64,000 nucleotides of DNA from Lama guanicoe (taxonomy: Eukaryota): contig MU053810.1 of NCBI GenBank assembly GCA_013239625.1, forward strand, positions 6,668,122 through 6,732,121, written 5' to 3'. The notes beneath the pieces are model-generated. The model made no database searches and was not told the origin of the DNA. It saw only the letters and a program-made list of their open reading frames with translations. Position 1 is the first letter of the stretch; each line of letters opens with the position of its first letter. Of the stretch, positions 38,159 to 50,973 are shown one piece after another. Both the position numbers and the translations under genes were made by a program.

Positions 38159-41100
38159 CTGAAATGAGAATGCACCACATTAGAACCCAACAAGATCCCC
38201 ACTTAAAATACTAGGCTACTTGGAAACTCTTCTCCTCAATGCGTTTGGAAAAAGCAAGCAAGCAAGCAAGCAAGAACTCAGACTGCTGCTTTTACGACAT
38301 TTATTTTCATCACAGAAGAATAAGGGTCTAAGTAACCCTAATTAGATGCATAAGAATATGGACTCTTTATTGTTTATTTCTTTCAATTATCAAAAGTAAG
38401 AAAGACAGCATATATATAAATAATGTGCTAAACATTTCCTCGGATTATTGTTTTGTAGGCAAGTTGAATGTGCAAAGCAAAAGCAGTAGAACGCACGTCA
38501 ATTCCAAAGAAGAGTAGGTTAAAAACTGGTTGTTTCAGGCAAATTCGGGTTATAAGACACACCCAAGTCATTCTTGATCATAATATTCTTCATTTAAAAA
38601 TATTAATTAGAATTAAGAATGGATAAATACCTGTCTTAGTGAATGACCCCAGAGGTTTAAATGATAAACAATGTAATGGATAAGGCGAATATACTAATAA
38701 TCGGCTTCTAAACTGCCCCTTTTATTTTTTTTATTAGTTTTAAAATGAAAATGTAGTTGATGTACAAAGTACATCTCTTAAAATAAAAATACTACTTTTT
38801 ATAAAGTGTCAAATTATTTTAAAATCACTTCAAATGTAATTTTTAAAATCTCATCTTATTGAGGAATTTATGGAGTTGTATTCCAGGACAGCCCTGCAGG
38901 AAACATGAGTAGGAAGAAAATCCATGATTGTTCTCTGTTCTGGTCATTTTGGAGTATTTTCACAAATCATCAGGTGCATGTGCAAACTAAAACTCATGTT
39001 TTAAGGACTCATCCGTATGCAGAAACCAGGTGTGGCTTTTATTAAGGTCATTTTGCAGTCATATCCTTCTTTTAATGTTTTCTCATCCATTGTTTATCCA
39101 TGAAAGCTGAATACGAGATTTTAGAGCTTTTGGAATTAGAGAATTGGCATTTTGCTTCAACGGTAGACATCATCAAATTTGAAAAGCTAACATCCTAAGA
39201 AAAGCTTATGATACAAACATGAAAGAAACATGTATGAATCTAAAAATAGAGACTAATTTTATTTCTGCTTTATACCATATTCATGACAAATGTATGAAGT
39301 AAATTAATACTATTCACATTTAAAACAAAATTTCCATCAAATGGAGTTCTTCCTCACTTTTACCTCCATCCTCTCCCCACCCCCCCCAAAAGCAAGCTGA
39401 AATGGAAGCTCATGAGTTAGCAACATGGAGAGAGTTCTCCTGTGTCATAAACAACTTAAGACTTATACGCAGAAGTGTAGAATGGTCATAACAGTTCACG
39501 GACAACTAAAAGTGATTTTCTGGATTAACATCTTTTCTAGCTCCTTTGTGAGAAAAGTAGCTTCACTGAATATGATTGAATCTTCACTTTGTTCAGGGAT
39601 GGGATACTTTTGACATCGTCTGTGCTGGGTAAGGTAAGTTTATTTTAAGCACTGCACTAGGAGCATCTTACTTAGTAACAAGTTACAGTCTCTGAAGCAC
39701 AGTACTGAAGCACAGAAGCAATACAAAATGTGCCCTGGAAAATAATACAGTCCTAATCTGCCGAGGCCACTGCCAGTACTGGAGGAGACAGTTTCCTCAA
39801 AGGAGATGGATTTACAGTCTAAAAGCATCCTCATGCGCTGGGAATTCCTATCTCAAATGCCAAGAGAAGTAAACTTGACACTAGCTTGACAATATCTCAA
39901 AAAAAAAAATAGTTACATATATTTTGAATTAAAATAGGAAATCTTCCAAAAAATAATTTTGAAGTATACAGACATCAGTTGTTCTTAATCAGCTTTAATT
40001 ACTGCCAGGTTTTTTTAGGCTACAGTTCTGATTAGAAAAACCTTAAGAAAAATTGAGTTTTGTAGTAGTATTAAAGCTTCAATTTTTAAAAAGAGTATTT
40101 CAACTTAAAAAATAGGTCTAGGAGCATAGAAATATTTGAAAATTGAGCTTAAGAATAAAGGCAAATTTTTTAAAAGTCTTGCACTCTTCCAAAAGTTTGC
40201 TTTATGCTTAGCACCAAAAATAAGTAAAGGATTAGATCAGACTGAGCAAAATGCCTTCTCATTATTTACCCTTCTAGACTTAATCCTTTTAGGTTATTTC
40301 TGTTCAGTCTGACAATTTGGTAAAAAAGAAAGTAAGTCTGTACATAATATGTAGTCATAGTTTTAAATTTATATGTATGTATGTATAAATATATATACAT
40401 ACATATTTGTACACATAATTTTATATTTTAAGCAGACAAGAACATATATACCTATTTATACAGAATATCTTTGCTGATGTTGGATGCCTTATTTAATATT
40501 ATTTCATTCTAGGAAAAAGTTATCAAGATGAATCCAGGTGATTTAAATTATTAGGTTATTGCTTCTTATCCTTGAACTTTATTAATAATGGAACCACAGC
40601 ATATACGAATTTAGTCCACGTGCAAAGAAGAAATTGTGCTTCCTTAATTTCTTTAATTATCACTGTTTATTACTTGCTCCTGGCTCATGCCCCTAAAATC
40701 AGTGCTTTGTAGATTTATTTTGTTAAACTGTAATTCCATTGTTGGTCCCTTACGGCCATAAAAATTAAATTTCCAAGAGAGAGGAGCTATGATTCTTTGA
40801 AGCCAATATGCTACTATCTAATCAATTCTGGTCTATGTAGAAAAGTCAGCTTTGGAACTTGAAATGTATAGATTCCCATTCAGATTTGTGGAGGCTTGCC
40901 TAAGAGAATAGCAGAAGCTGCCAAGCCTGGTCACTGTGCTGCCATTGGAAGTCGTCCTCGTTCAAAACTGAAAGGGGTCCACAGAGTTGTCTGGAAGAAA
41001 ATTGATCTTCTGAGATCAAATTGATCATGCAGTGTCTACTCAACACCAAACCTACTAGGTTCAAGATCAACAATTCAATCAGAGCTTGTGTCTACACAAA

Positions 41101-41192
41101 CCCAGCTCACAGTTCATACGATTCTTCTGGCTGGATGGGTGGGTTGTTTGGGACTTTGTAGGAAAAATCTAAGCAGAGTAAGAAAGCTCTTC

Positions 41193-42213
41193 TTTTTTTT
41201 TTTTTGCTCACATTTAATTCTTATTTTGATATTTTTTAATGCTGCACAACACAATATTTATTTCATTTGTTTCATTTATTTATTTTATTTATTTCTGTTT
41301 GCTGCTGTTATTTTATTTACTTAAAGAGAGAGGGAACGTTTGTGGCCTTTTTTTCTTTTTCTGTAGGCCGCCTTAAGCTTTTTAAATTTGGAATATTTAG
41401 GCAAGCTGAAGGGTACCGGGGTTTCTGCAAGATCACTGTGGGGAAAGGCGAGGTGGCTTTGTTAGTCATGCCCTATGGTGGGTGATCAAGTGCGTGCACC
41501 ATTAAATTTTACTTTTAATTGTGCTTAAGGCCTTAATTAAATTTGGAGGTTCCCTTCTTAGAGCAGCTCGTACTGACGGAGGTGCACGCGCCGGATGACG
41601 TCACGGCAGTCGCTGGACACCCGCAGCAGCCGGCGGTGCGTGGCCCGGCAGGCGTGCGTGTCCTCCTGCAGCTGCTTCTCCAGCTTGCTGCCGGCCTGGC
41701 GCTGCGCCTTCTCCCTGCGCTGGTCCTCGGTCTTACTGTTTCCGAGGCGGCCCAGGGCGGCGGCGGCGGCGGCGGCGGCGGGGCCGGGCCGGGCGCGGGC
41801 TCGGCTCCTCGGGGAGGAGCGCGCGGGGCGGACTACGGGCCGCGCGGGGAGGGAGGTGTCGCTCTGACCGAGGGGAGCCCGCGGCTCCCGGCCCCTCCAG
41901 CCGACGCTGACGGGTCTGACGGCCGCCGCCGGCCGAGGCGGACCGGAGCGGGAGCTGCGGGAGCTGCTGCCGCCGCTCGCCGGCGCCGCCGCCGCTCTTA
42001 TTGCCTCGGCCCCGGCCCCTCCGCCGCCCCGACCCAAAGCCTTCGCGGCGGGCGCGGGGGGGAGGAGGCGGCGGCGGCGAGCGGGGTGGGAGGAGGAGGA
42101 GGAGGAGGGATGAGGAGGAGGAGGGATGAGGAGCGGCCGCGGCCGCAGGGAGGGAGGGAGCTGGAGGGGGGAGGCGCCGCCCCCCCACCCCCGACCTGGC
42201 TACCAGGGAAGGT
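41193..42213 (-). pseudogene. GNAS: GNAS (Gs-alpha) retrocopy with long GC-rich 5' leader, internally deleted CDS, 3' UTR and poly(A)
   Basis: Reads (CTG)[64 protein letters not shown], i.e. Gs-alpha exon 1 joined to the last ~21 codons. GNAS-type 3' UTR (taagaagggaac...tgtgagc), A13 tail at 41193-41205, TSD gaaagctctt at 41182-41191 and 42214-42223. Confidence 0.95.
41570..42200. promoter_or_regulatory. CpG island carried by the GNAS retrocopy in GPR158 intron 8
   Basis: Very high GC, dense CpG, GC boxes and (GCC)n/(GGA)n tracts inside an AT-rich intron. Promoter activity is not shown. Confidence 0.8.
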
Positions 42214-42274
42214 GAAAGCTCTTTTCAACGAGTATGTAACAGACTTCCTATCACTTTGGCTCAATGTTAAAACA

Positions 42275-42480
42275 GTATTTTCTGAAGTGTGGCCACTGTT
42301 ATTACTTGCCAGTTGAGGGTTGGGGGGAGTCCATGGTCAATAAAATTTGGAAAGTGCTGATTAAACAAAGTTAAAAAGGTAACCTTACAGCAGGACTTCT
42401 TGGTGTGCTCGTTTGCACTGTGACATTCCTAGAAGGAGCTACCAAATGCAGTGCGTCATAAATACACTTGTGTATAAAAA
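42275..42480. mobile_element. MER103-like hAT-Charlie fossil
   Basis: ggtcaataaaatttggaaagtgctgattaaacaaagttaaaaagg...gcaggacttct resembles the remembered MER103 consensus. Confidence 0.55.
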
Positions 42481-43566
42481 CCTCTAAAAGTGATTTACTA
42501 ATATGTTCACAGCACATTGGGTAGTTGTATTAGGAAGTTTATTTTTTCTTTATCATTTTATGATTTTTCTGAAATAACCATCTATTGCCTTATTATTACG
42601 ATTTTTTTTTAGTTCGTTAAAAAAAATCATTTACCTTGCCTACTTCTAAAAGGACTTGGGCCAGTTGAGAGTTGAAAATCCATTGAAAAAAGCATATCAA
42701 ATGAGAAACAGAACAGAGTAAATCTTAAGGTTGAAAAAATATAGATCAATCTTGGCAACTGCTTTGAACAGATTTAATTTCTCAGGCAATTAATCTCGTT
42801 CTAAGAAACACAGCAGTTAATTTTAGGGCAAAAGTCAGAAACTGCATTCTGACAGTAGAAGACATTTAAACTCATTGGTGATAAGCCTTTCTGCATGCTT
42901 ATAACTCTCTAGTTGGTTTGTTAATATAACATTTAACATATATGGTTCTAGATAAGCATGTTTGTTAGATCTTGAAACATGTGTTTGATATTCTGAAAAC
43001 AAACAACAAAAATGCAGCTTTTCTTGGGAGATGGGTTGGGAGAAATGTAAAGGCTGTCGAGCTCTGGCACCAGGACCAAATGCCCCCTGGTGCTGACTGC
43101 GCTTTCCACCGAGGACACCCCTTCCCAGGTCCTTGACCTCCAGTCTGAGTGGAGCCGTGAAGCATTCTTCTCTTTGCTTATTTATAACTTTGTATTTTGC
43201 ATCCCATCTTTCCTCCCTCCCCTACTCTTTTTCTCTCTTCTCTCTGTCTCTTTCTTGGACAAGACGAAGGAAGGAGGCAAATTCCCTTGATTCCGGGCCC
43301 TCTCTGATGGAATTTCCAGGGTTGTCAGATCATAAATATCTCTTTCTCTTATTTAAGAGTTTTAAAAATGTAGGTTATGCTCAAGGCCCAAGTTCTCTGG
43401 CATCATCTATTCCTAAGAAGTGTAAGATACCATTTTATTATTGACTAAAGTGAGAGATGAGAAACATCCTGCAAAGCCTCCACAGATCCACACCTTTTTG
43501 CCCTATTATTAATCTCCATCTTTCCACAGAGGGCCAAGACAAATATTCAGAATTTTTAATTTAACA

Positions 43567-43700
43567 CATTCTTAAGTGTGTCCTAACTTTTAATATATAT
43601 CGAACAATTACATGCCCTCCTTCTGTTGCCTTTCATTCTTAAGTGTGTCCTAACTTTTAATATATATCGAACAATTACATGCCCTTCTTCTGTTGCCTTT
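43567..43700. repeat. Tandem duplication, 2 x 67 bp, 1 mismatch
   Basis: cattcttaagtgtgtcc...tgttgccttt at 43567-43633 and 43634-43700. Confidence 0.95.
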
Positions 43701-44449
43701 CAAACTATAAGATTCCTTTTTTTTTTTGTTCTCACTGAGGTTTTTATTTCATTTTCAAATATGAATCAGGTGAAAATTCTCAGAAGATAAGTCATACGGA
43801 TTTCATTTTGTTCACTTATCATAAGCTACCTTCTTCCTCCTTTGTACTCACTATGAAGAGGGCCAGGACATGCATTCTCACCACAGAAAGTCACTGCTAC
43901 AGTGTAAGGGTGACAAAACCCACTGCACACAAAAATCTAGTCACCAACTTGGAGCGGTTTTCTTGGTCTTTTGGTTTTGCATTCAAAAGAATTCACACAC
44001 GTAAGTTATCTGAGTGTTAAGATTTTGAAAGTACAAACCAGCATAATAAACATGAATGAAAACATAGTCAATTTATCTGTATCTATTTTATCATGTATGC
44101 ATGTGTTGCCTTGTATCTTCAGAACAAAAAGTACCGTGAATTATAACACCCAATAACATGCCCCTAAGGGGCTGAACATAGCACAGTAACGCTGAGTTAA
44201 CCTTCAAAATAAATGAAGGCAATAAACAACTCATCAGAAGGAACTAAGAAGAGCAGAGTTTTTCTTTTTCTTTTTTTTTAAGCGATACTCATTTTTCATT
44301 TTTGTAACAAAGAAATGAGTCAATTTATAAAATACGATCCTTCCTATATTTTTCCATGAGGTATCTTATCCAATTTTGCTATTTAAATTAAACTGCAGCA
44401 CACCTGAAAAAAATCAAACAGTTATTGACTGGTTCTGGAGATCACTTGC

Positions 44450-44588
44450 CTAATTGTATGGAATATAGCGGAGATAATGAGCTCATTGTGGACTGCAACG
44501 GCCATGTAGCGTGGCTCGTGAAATGCTGATGGGACGGTCCGCACTGCATAGCAGAGATAAACGCCCCACAGGAGGAATAAAAATTCAG
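44450..44588 (-). CDS. GPR158: GPR158 exon 8 (139 bp; TM5-TM6), GC donor
   Basis: ctcacag|CT GAA TTT...ATT AG|gcaagt; AEFLFLLWGVYLCYAVRTVPSAFHEPRYMAVAVHNELIISAIFHTIR; phases 1/2 match both neighbouring exons. Not in the ORF track. Confidence 0.95.
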
Positions 44589-45239
44589 CTGTGAGAAGAA
44601 CAACAACAACAACAAAAAAAATAATTTTCCATTAGTTTTCCAGGTGAAGGAAAAAGCAAAGTTTAAATTCTGTAGCAGGCATTTTGTGCTTATGATAGAA
44701 ACACATGGCGAGAAATGCATACAAAATGTCACTCACGTATGACTACATATGCCATATATTTAACTTTTTATTCAGTGCATAGAGGATTTTTCACAGGTAT
44801 ATTTTGGCTTTTTACATTAAAAATTTTTTTTAAATAGTGTTTGGTATCTCAGGGTTTTTTTGGGTTTTTTTTTGTTTTTTGTTTTGCTAATACCTGGCTT
44901 TTTCCTAAAACAATTGTAAAATAATTAACCGCATCCCTAACCCAAGTTTAATGTGTTCATAGAGCATTTGGGTCACAATAACGTCATCAAGGCAACAAAA
45001 GGCTGATAATGTGTTTACATGCAGCTTCTAGAAATTTAAGTCCTTACTTCACTGAGCCTGGTTCAGTGCATGAAGACATTCGTTGTCAGAAATGTGAGAA
45101 AATAGGTTGCTAAACATTCAGTGGCATATTTTATCAATGAATTTTATCAATGTCTTCACATGGCAGACATCAGGTGTTTTGTGGGTGAATGCTAAGGGCT
45201 TAGTAAAATTCCCAGTCACCTTGTTTGCTTGCTCAGGCC

Positions 45240-45480
45240 AGAAGAGACAAGCAGAAAATAGCAAAGACAGGGCTTCAGAGTCACACTAGCCCTGTTTGGG
45301 AATTCTGGCTGGATTCCTAATTAACTTTGCATAATCTGAGGCATTTTAACCTTTCTGGTCACAGTTTCCTCATCTGGAAAATGAGAATAATAAAAGTACA
45401 TATTTCATGGGATTATTTGCTAATGAAGTCAACAAATGGATATAAAGCACTTAACACAGTTTCTGACATCGTAGATGTTA
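45240..45480. mobile_element. MIR SINE
   Basis: Core cagtttcctcatctggaaaatgagaataata; tail aaagcacttaacacagt. Confidence 0.7.
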
Positions 45481-48400
45481 GAAAAATAAATAGAGATGTT
45501 AAAAATTAGTTCTTATTGTTAAACATCTCCTTTGACTTTTTTTTCCCCCCAAACTGAACATTGTTATTTTAACTCATTCTGACCAGTAACTGTTATCATC
45601 CATTTTATCTGTCTTAGTGACAGAACCTCACTGGAGATATCTAATTGACAAAAAGAAAGCTCTAATTTGGAGAACATATTACATCAAATGCATTACCTGT
45701 TTATAAACTGAAATGCTGATTTCCAGTCCCATATGCCCAGGTGTTTTACCTGCCAAAGTTTCAGCCTATTTCTATCAGTATTTAAACAATAAGTAGTGCC
45801 CCAATCATTGAAAATCCCTCAAGTAAACACATCTGTCAAGAGTTATTCTAAAACTCTACTGTGTTCAGAAGCCGAGGGAAAAATGCACCTCACTCAAAGA
45901 TCTCCATGAGATCAGAGGGGAGGTCCTGATTTCTGTCCACGGTGTTACTACTGCCTCCTTATTCAGGTTTGAAATCTCAGAGCCACCTTTCATTGACACA
46001 TTTCTACTTTTGAGTTAGTTTCAATAAGTATCATTTCTCTCAATGCTCACGATTACAATCCTGGCCTAAGCCCCTACCTGTTTACTCCTTATCTATTACA
46101 ATTATTTTTCAACTGCCCCATGTAAACCTGGCTTCACCCTGCATTAATTCATTCATAAGTGACAAGTTCATTTTTCTGAAACTCCACTTTGATCATATCA
46201 GGATTTGTCCAAATCTCTGCTACTCCATTGGGGTTAACTGATTCATGTTTCCACTGGAAGATTCACTCACGCCCACTTAGGACCCTGGAATAATTCCTGC
46301 TCCCAAAGGAAGCCTATAGGGGTTCCTGCCAGGGCAGGCATGTTTCAAGTTTCAAGATTTAGATGACTGTCTTGCAAGAAAGTTTCAAGACTTTCTTGCC
46401 ACCTAGAGTTCCCATTAGCTGTCCCACTGCTTGGCCTTAATCTTTTGTGCTTGTATATTTCTTAGACCCTGACTTCTTGTCTAATCTCTGACCCTCAGGT
46501 TAGTGTTTCATGAAGTACTGCATGCGTCTTCATTCAGAAATCTTCAGCAGTTCACTATAATCTTACAAATGCTTGGCCTGGCATTCCTAGCCCTCTGTGA
46601 CTTCATGTTACATATTCAATATGATCTCCTAACACTCCCTGACATGAACTCTGCACTGACTCATGAAGACTCATTGTCCTCTGAACACCCCAAAGATTCT
46701 TCTTGCATCTGAGTCTTTGTTCATGCTATTTCTCACACAAGAAATCTCTTACCCACAATTCCAAATCTTAACCAATTTTCAATGTCCAATTCAGGTTTTC
46801 ACCTCCTTTGTGAGGCTATCTGAGATGTTTCTTATCTACAGTGAAGCTTCCTTCCTCTAATTTCTTATAGTTTTTGACTACCTATACTACACAATGCAGA
46901 GAATAATGCCACACAATATATAATTGGGAGAAAACTGTTCATGGGGTCTTGTTAGTCACTCCTCTCCTTAGCCCCAACTAGACATGACCTCCTTCAGAGC
47001 AAGAATTGAGTTGAAATTCTACCTCTGCCCACACAGATGACAGCAACAGTACTGAGAACACATAGATAAGGTTTAATAAATATTTGTTGAATTGAATGAA
47101 TATAAATGGTACCAGTTTCATGTTACGAGAGATGCAGACTTTCTGTTCCTTTGCTGTTCTATCTAACATCTACATACATGATCCATCTATAGACATGATC
47201 TAAAGGTCATTGGCATTATCATTAATGGTCACTGCTACTTACTGATGGACCTTTGAATGTGTGGTACCGTGCTTGGCATTCAAGCATGGTCTATGAAAAA
47301 TACTATTAAACAAACACTAACACAAAAAATATGCTGTAATTGAAGGGTTCACATGTAGATGAATTATAAAAACACAATCTTCTCCCACTTACTGCAGCGT
47401 TTTTATACAATGTTATAACTGAAGATTTTTTTTAAAAGGAAAGTTATCAGGTTAAATAGTGTGCTACAATGGAGAATTATATTTAAAAACATACGACAAA
47501 ATAAGATTCCTCTTAATAGCTAAGCTGTACATTAAAATCATTTCATTAGCGATATCAAACAATATGCTTTAGCTGAAAAACTATTTATTATTCAAAGTAC
47601 CAATTAAACTAACTGTGATATATAAAAGTTGTGCTTAGGGAAAAAAATCAGTTTCATATAATTAACTACAGACTAACGCGGCAATTAGTAAAGAAAATAT
47701 GCAGATGTTACCAAATTTTGCAGTGTTATTATGTGGGAGTCAAAATATATGTTGTGCTTCTGCTTTAGAAAATAATTTCTGGTGTTAACTGATTTTTGAT
47801 GGGAGGCATGGGTATAGTTAAAAAGGGAATTGCATTTATATTTAACAATTCAAAAAGGGCTTTCAGAAAACTGAGGTATTCTATTTTTAATCTATTAGAA
47901 ATAACAGTGTAAAAGTTAAGTGCCATAGCCTTTAAAAAATTAATATGCCGTAATGAAAGTAATTTCAATTTATCCTTCCAAAGGGCTGGGTCAAACAAAG
48001 AAGTGAAAGTTACTATAGCTCTTTGACACTGAAGATGCCCCAGCTCTGAGAACACCTACAAGGGCTGAGAGAGACAAAACTTCAAAGCACATATGTCTCT
48101 CAAGCTGTGGGATCTACCCTGCTTGGCCATGTTGCAAGGCTATTTTGTATTAATAACATTTTGTGCTTCTCAGCCTGTTAAAAAATTATTTCTACATGAC
48201 AAAAAATAAATTTCATTTTCCAAATGTTTCTTTGAATGTCCTCCTCTATTTTTTCTCTAAATCTTATCCACTTAGAAAATTTGTGGTCAAAGTAAACCTA
48301 TTCTGTTTTCCTTTTAATAATGTGGGCATCACAGAAGTTCTCGCTAAGTATTAAGTCAAGTAGTTCCAGTAGTGCCTGCGGATAGTTCAAACTCCAGCAT

Positions 48401-50302
48401 GCCAGGGCTTCGCTGGCAGATAGAAGCCTTCACACTCCGGAGGTTTATTTGTCTTCGCTTTTGTTAAAATAAAGACAGTTATGAGACTTACAATGATAAG
48501 GACAATGAGAATGATACTTCTGATAGAATTTCAAAGCTAGAAGTGACTTCAGGCGACCACTTCAGGGTACATTTTCGAGTTGTGTGTGTGGCTGTGAATG
48601 GGGTTGGTTGGTGAGTTATTCTGCTTGTCATGAAGTCAGTTTATTCACCTGCAAAGCTTGGAGGAGAAGGGAGATTTCGCAGCCAGGACAATGGGGCCGA
48701 AACTCTATTCTCAGCTCCCGGGAGCAGCGAGCCACAGGGATGTGCCTGTGGAGAAGCTGGCTCTCCCTGCGCTGACTCACCATGTTGGCAGCAGAACGGG
48801 GGCTGGATCCAGGCCTCCTGGTTCCTGACCAGTGTTCCCTAAATTACATCTTTTGGCTGAGGTTTTCTTTTGCTCTGTTATTAACAGAGGCCTAGACAAA
48901 ATCCTTGGACATATTTTTATACTACTGAAGAAAATAAACATTTTCCCAAGCAACAGTTGTTTGTATTTTAAGCAACTAATATGCCAATTAGAATTAGCCA
49001 GTGGTGGTTAAAAGAGTTCTACTCATAAGTGCTTTCTGCCCCTCAGTTCGTCTGACTTGGGAGCTAACATCCATCAAATATGCGAGGCACTGAGCTGAAT
49101 GCATTTTGCACATTAGCTACAGTTATGAAGGTTTTATTGTAGAACCTGTGACTCCTTTAAAAAGGCTGGGGCAGAATTCTGAGTGCTGAAATGTCAAGTT
49201 TGGGGCAGAGCCACTGTGCGGAATGCTAAGGATCGCTGCTCTTAATCACGCACAGTATTCAGGCCACGCAGGCCACATGGCGGCCTGTTTTCTCCCCATC
49301 TCTGGAGGAGCTCCCTTAGGCAGAAAGGCTGTGGACACCTTTGCATGTTGGTGTTCTTTAATGCTTCCTTTCACACGTCCCTAGAACTGAGATCAAGTTT
49401 TTCACCAACTCCACTGCCTCTTAACTGGGGAAAGTAGAGGAAGTATATTTTTCTTTCCCTCTCGCATACACATTTATGCTTTTTAAAGTTTGATATGGGG
49501 TGTTGGAAATGTAGTAACCCCAGATTCGTCCAAGCTAATAGATGAACATTAAAGTTCATAAATGTAAGAAGAGACGGAAGAGAAGGACAGAATAAGACTA
49601 GGGACCACGCAGGGCGGAGGTCAGGGCAGCAGGCTGTGTCTTCAGTAACGTTCCTTCCATTCCTTTCTCTATTTACATGTGTGTTGGGAGTTGGAATTGG
49701 GGTTATTTGTTACCACTTTAAAAACATATTTTAAAATTTCAATCCTTTATCAAAGACTGACAGCACTGACATTGCCTTTGCTTGGGCGACAACACATATA
49801 CATTTTGAAGGACTAGCTTGAGTGGTTTTAGAATGACTGGTAGTGCGAGGATTATATTTTTATTTATTTATACTCCGCCTCTGTGGAAAAATATTTTACT
49901 TCTTTGAGTGCAGTGATTTGTATGATGCTAAAGGACAAAGAAAGAATAAATTTATTTTATTCCTTAATTTTATACTTACAGTGCCATTTTCTCTCTTAGA
50001 AGTTAAAGAAACTTTAACTTCCATGTTCAATTTATAGCTTATAACATCTGTGAGACAATTTTGCTGAGTGATGCTTGGCCCAGGACATTGGTGACCACTG
50101 AGTGAAGGATTTGTGTGGTCATTACCAAACTTCTGTTATTCTGTTGGCCAAATGGTCTCCCCCTTAAATCCAGAGTTTTGACTACTTTGGGGAATGGGGC
50201 CCAGGGAGCTGAAACAGGAAACCTCACAAACCTTTCCACTCCTATAATCAGCGCCAGGCTCTGCTCTCCACAATTACTGCAGAAATCAGGATGGGGCAGG
50301 GG

Positions 50303-50973
50303 TGTAAGAACGTGCTGGAACTTGCAGTCCATATAGATTAGCAGCTTGTTTTAAACCTATGATAGTCCTTTTAATACCAGAGAAAGAGCTGCCAAAATCT
50401 TTTGACAACTGGCCTAATACAGGAAACCCTACATCATGTAGACAACAGGGGTCCTTGAGCAGAGAAAGAAAAGCAGGGACATCTAGGTTGATAAGTGGTC
50501 ACACATTTTGGGGTGACAAGTGCACACATTTTGAGGTGGACAAAGAAAGGTGGGAAAAGGCAGGACTCTCCAGTGTCTGAATGAAACCATTTGCTTATTA
50601 TGCCCTCATTTCAATAAAATTAGCCTTGCAGATTAGAAGTACCCATCATGCACTGACTCCATGACACTTCTGATCCAGAATAAATAAGGACAAAAGTCCC
50701 TTCTCCCCTCAGGAAGGTGGAATTGGGATGAAAATCAGGGAATACAACTCCAAACCCTTCCCTACGCAAGGAATATTCTGCCCATTCATTTTTACACTCT
50801 GTGTAACCAGCTTGCTGAAGAAACACAGGGCAGCTGCCCACCTGAGCCTGTCCGCTCTCCCCTTGAGAGAGGACTATCCATCCTTCAGTAAATTCTCACT
50901 TTACTTTCTTAACGTCCCTCTCTCATTTCTGAATCTTTTCTGTGGCAGGACAAGAACCTAGTCACTGGCAACA
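50303..50973 (+). mobile_element. Probable solo LTR (ERV1-like), ~670 bp
   Basis: TG...CA termini (tgtaag...gcaaca), agtaaa poly(A)-like signal near 50887, U5-like tgtggcaggacaagaacc; TSD not convincing. Confidence 0.55.

Noticed and set aside
41543..42316. 257-aa plus-strand ORF and other overlapping ORFs
   Set aside because: Stop-poor GC-rich sequence antisense to, or within the leader of, the GNAS retrocopy. The 257-aa and 159-aa ORFs begin at TTG, not ATG.
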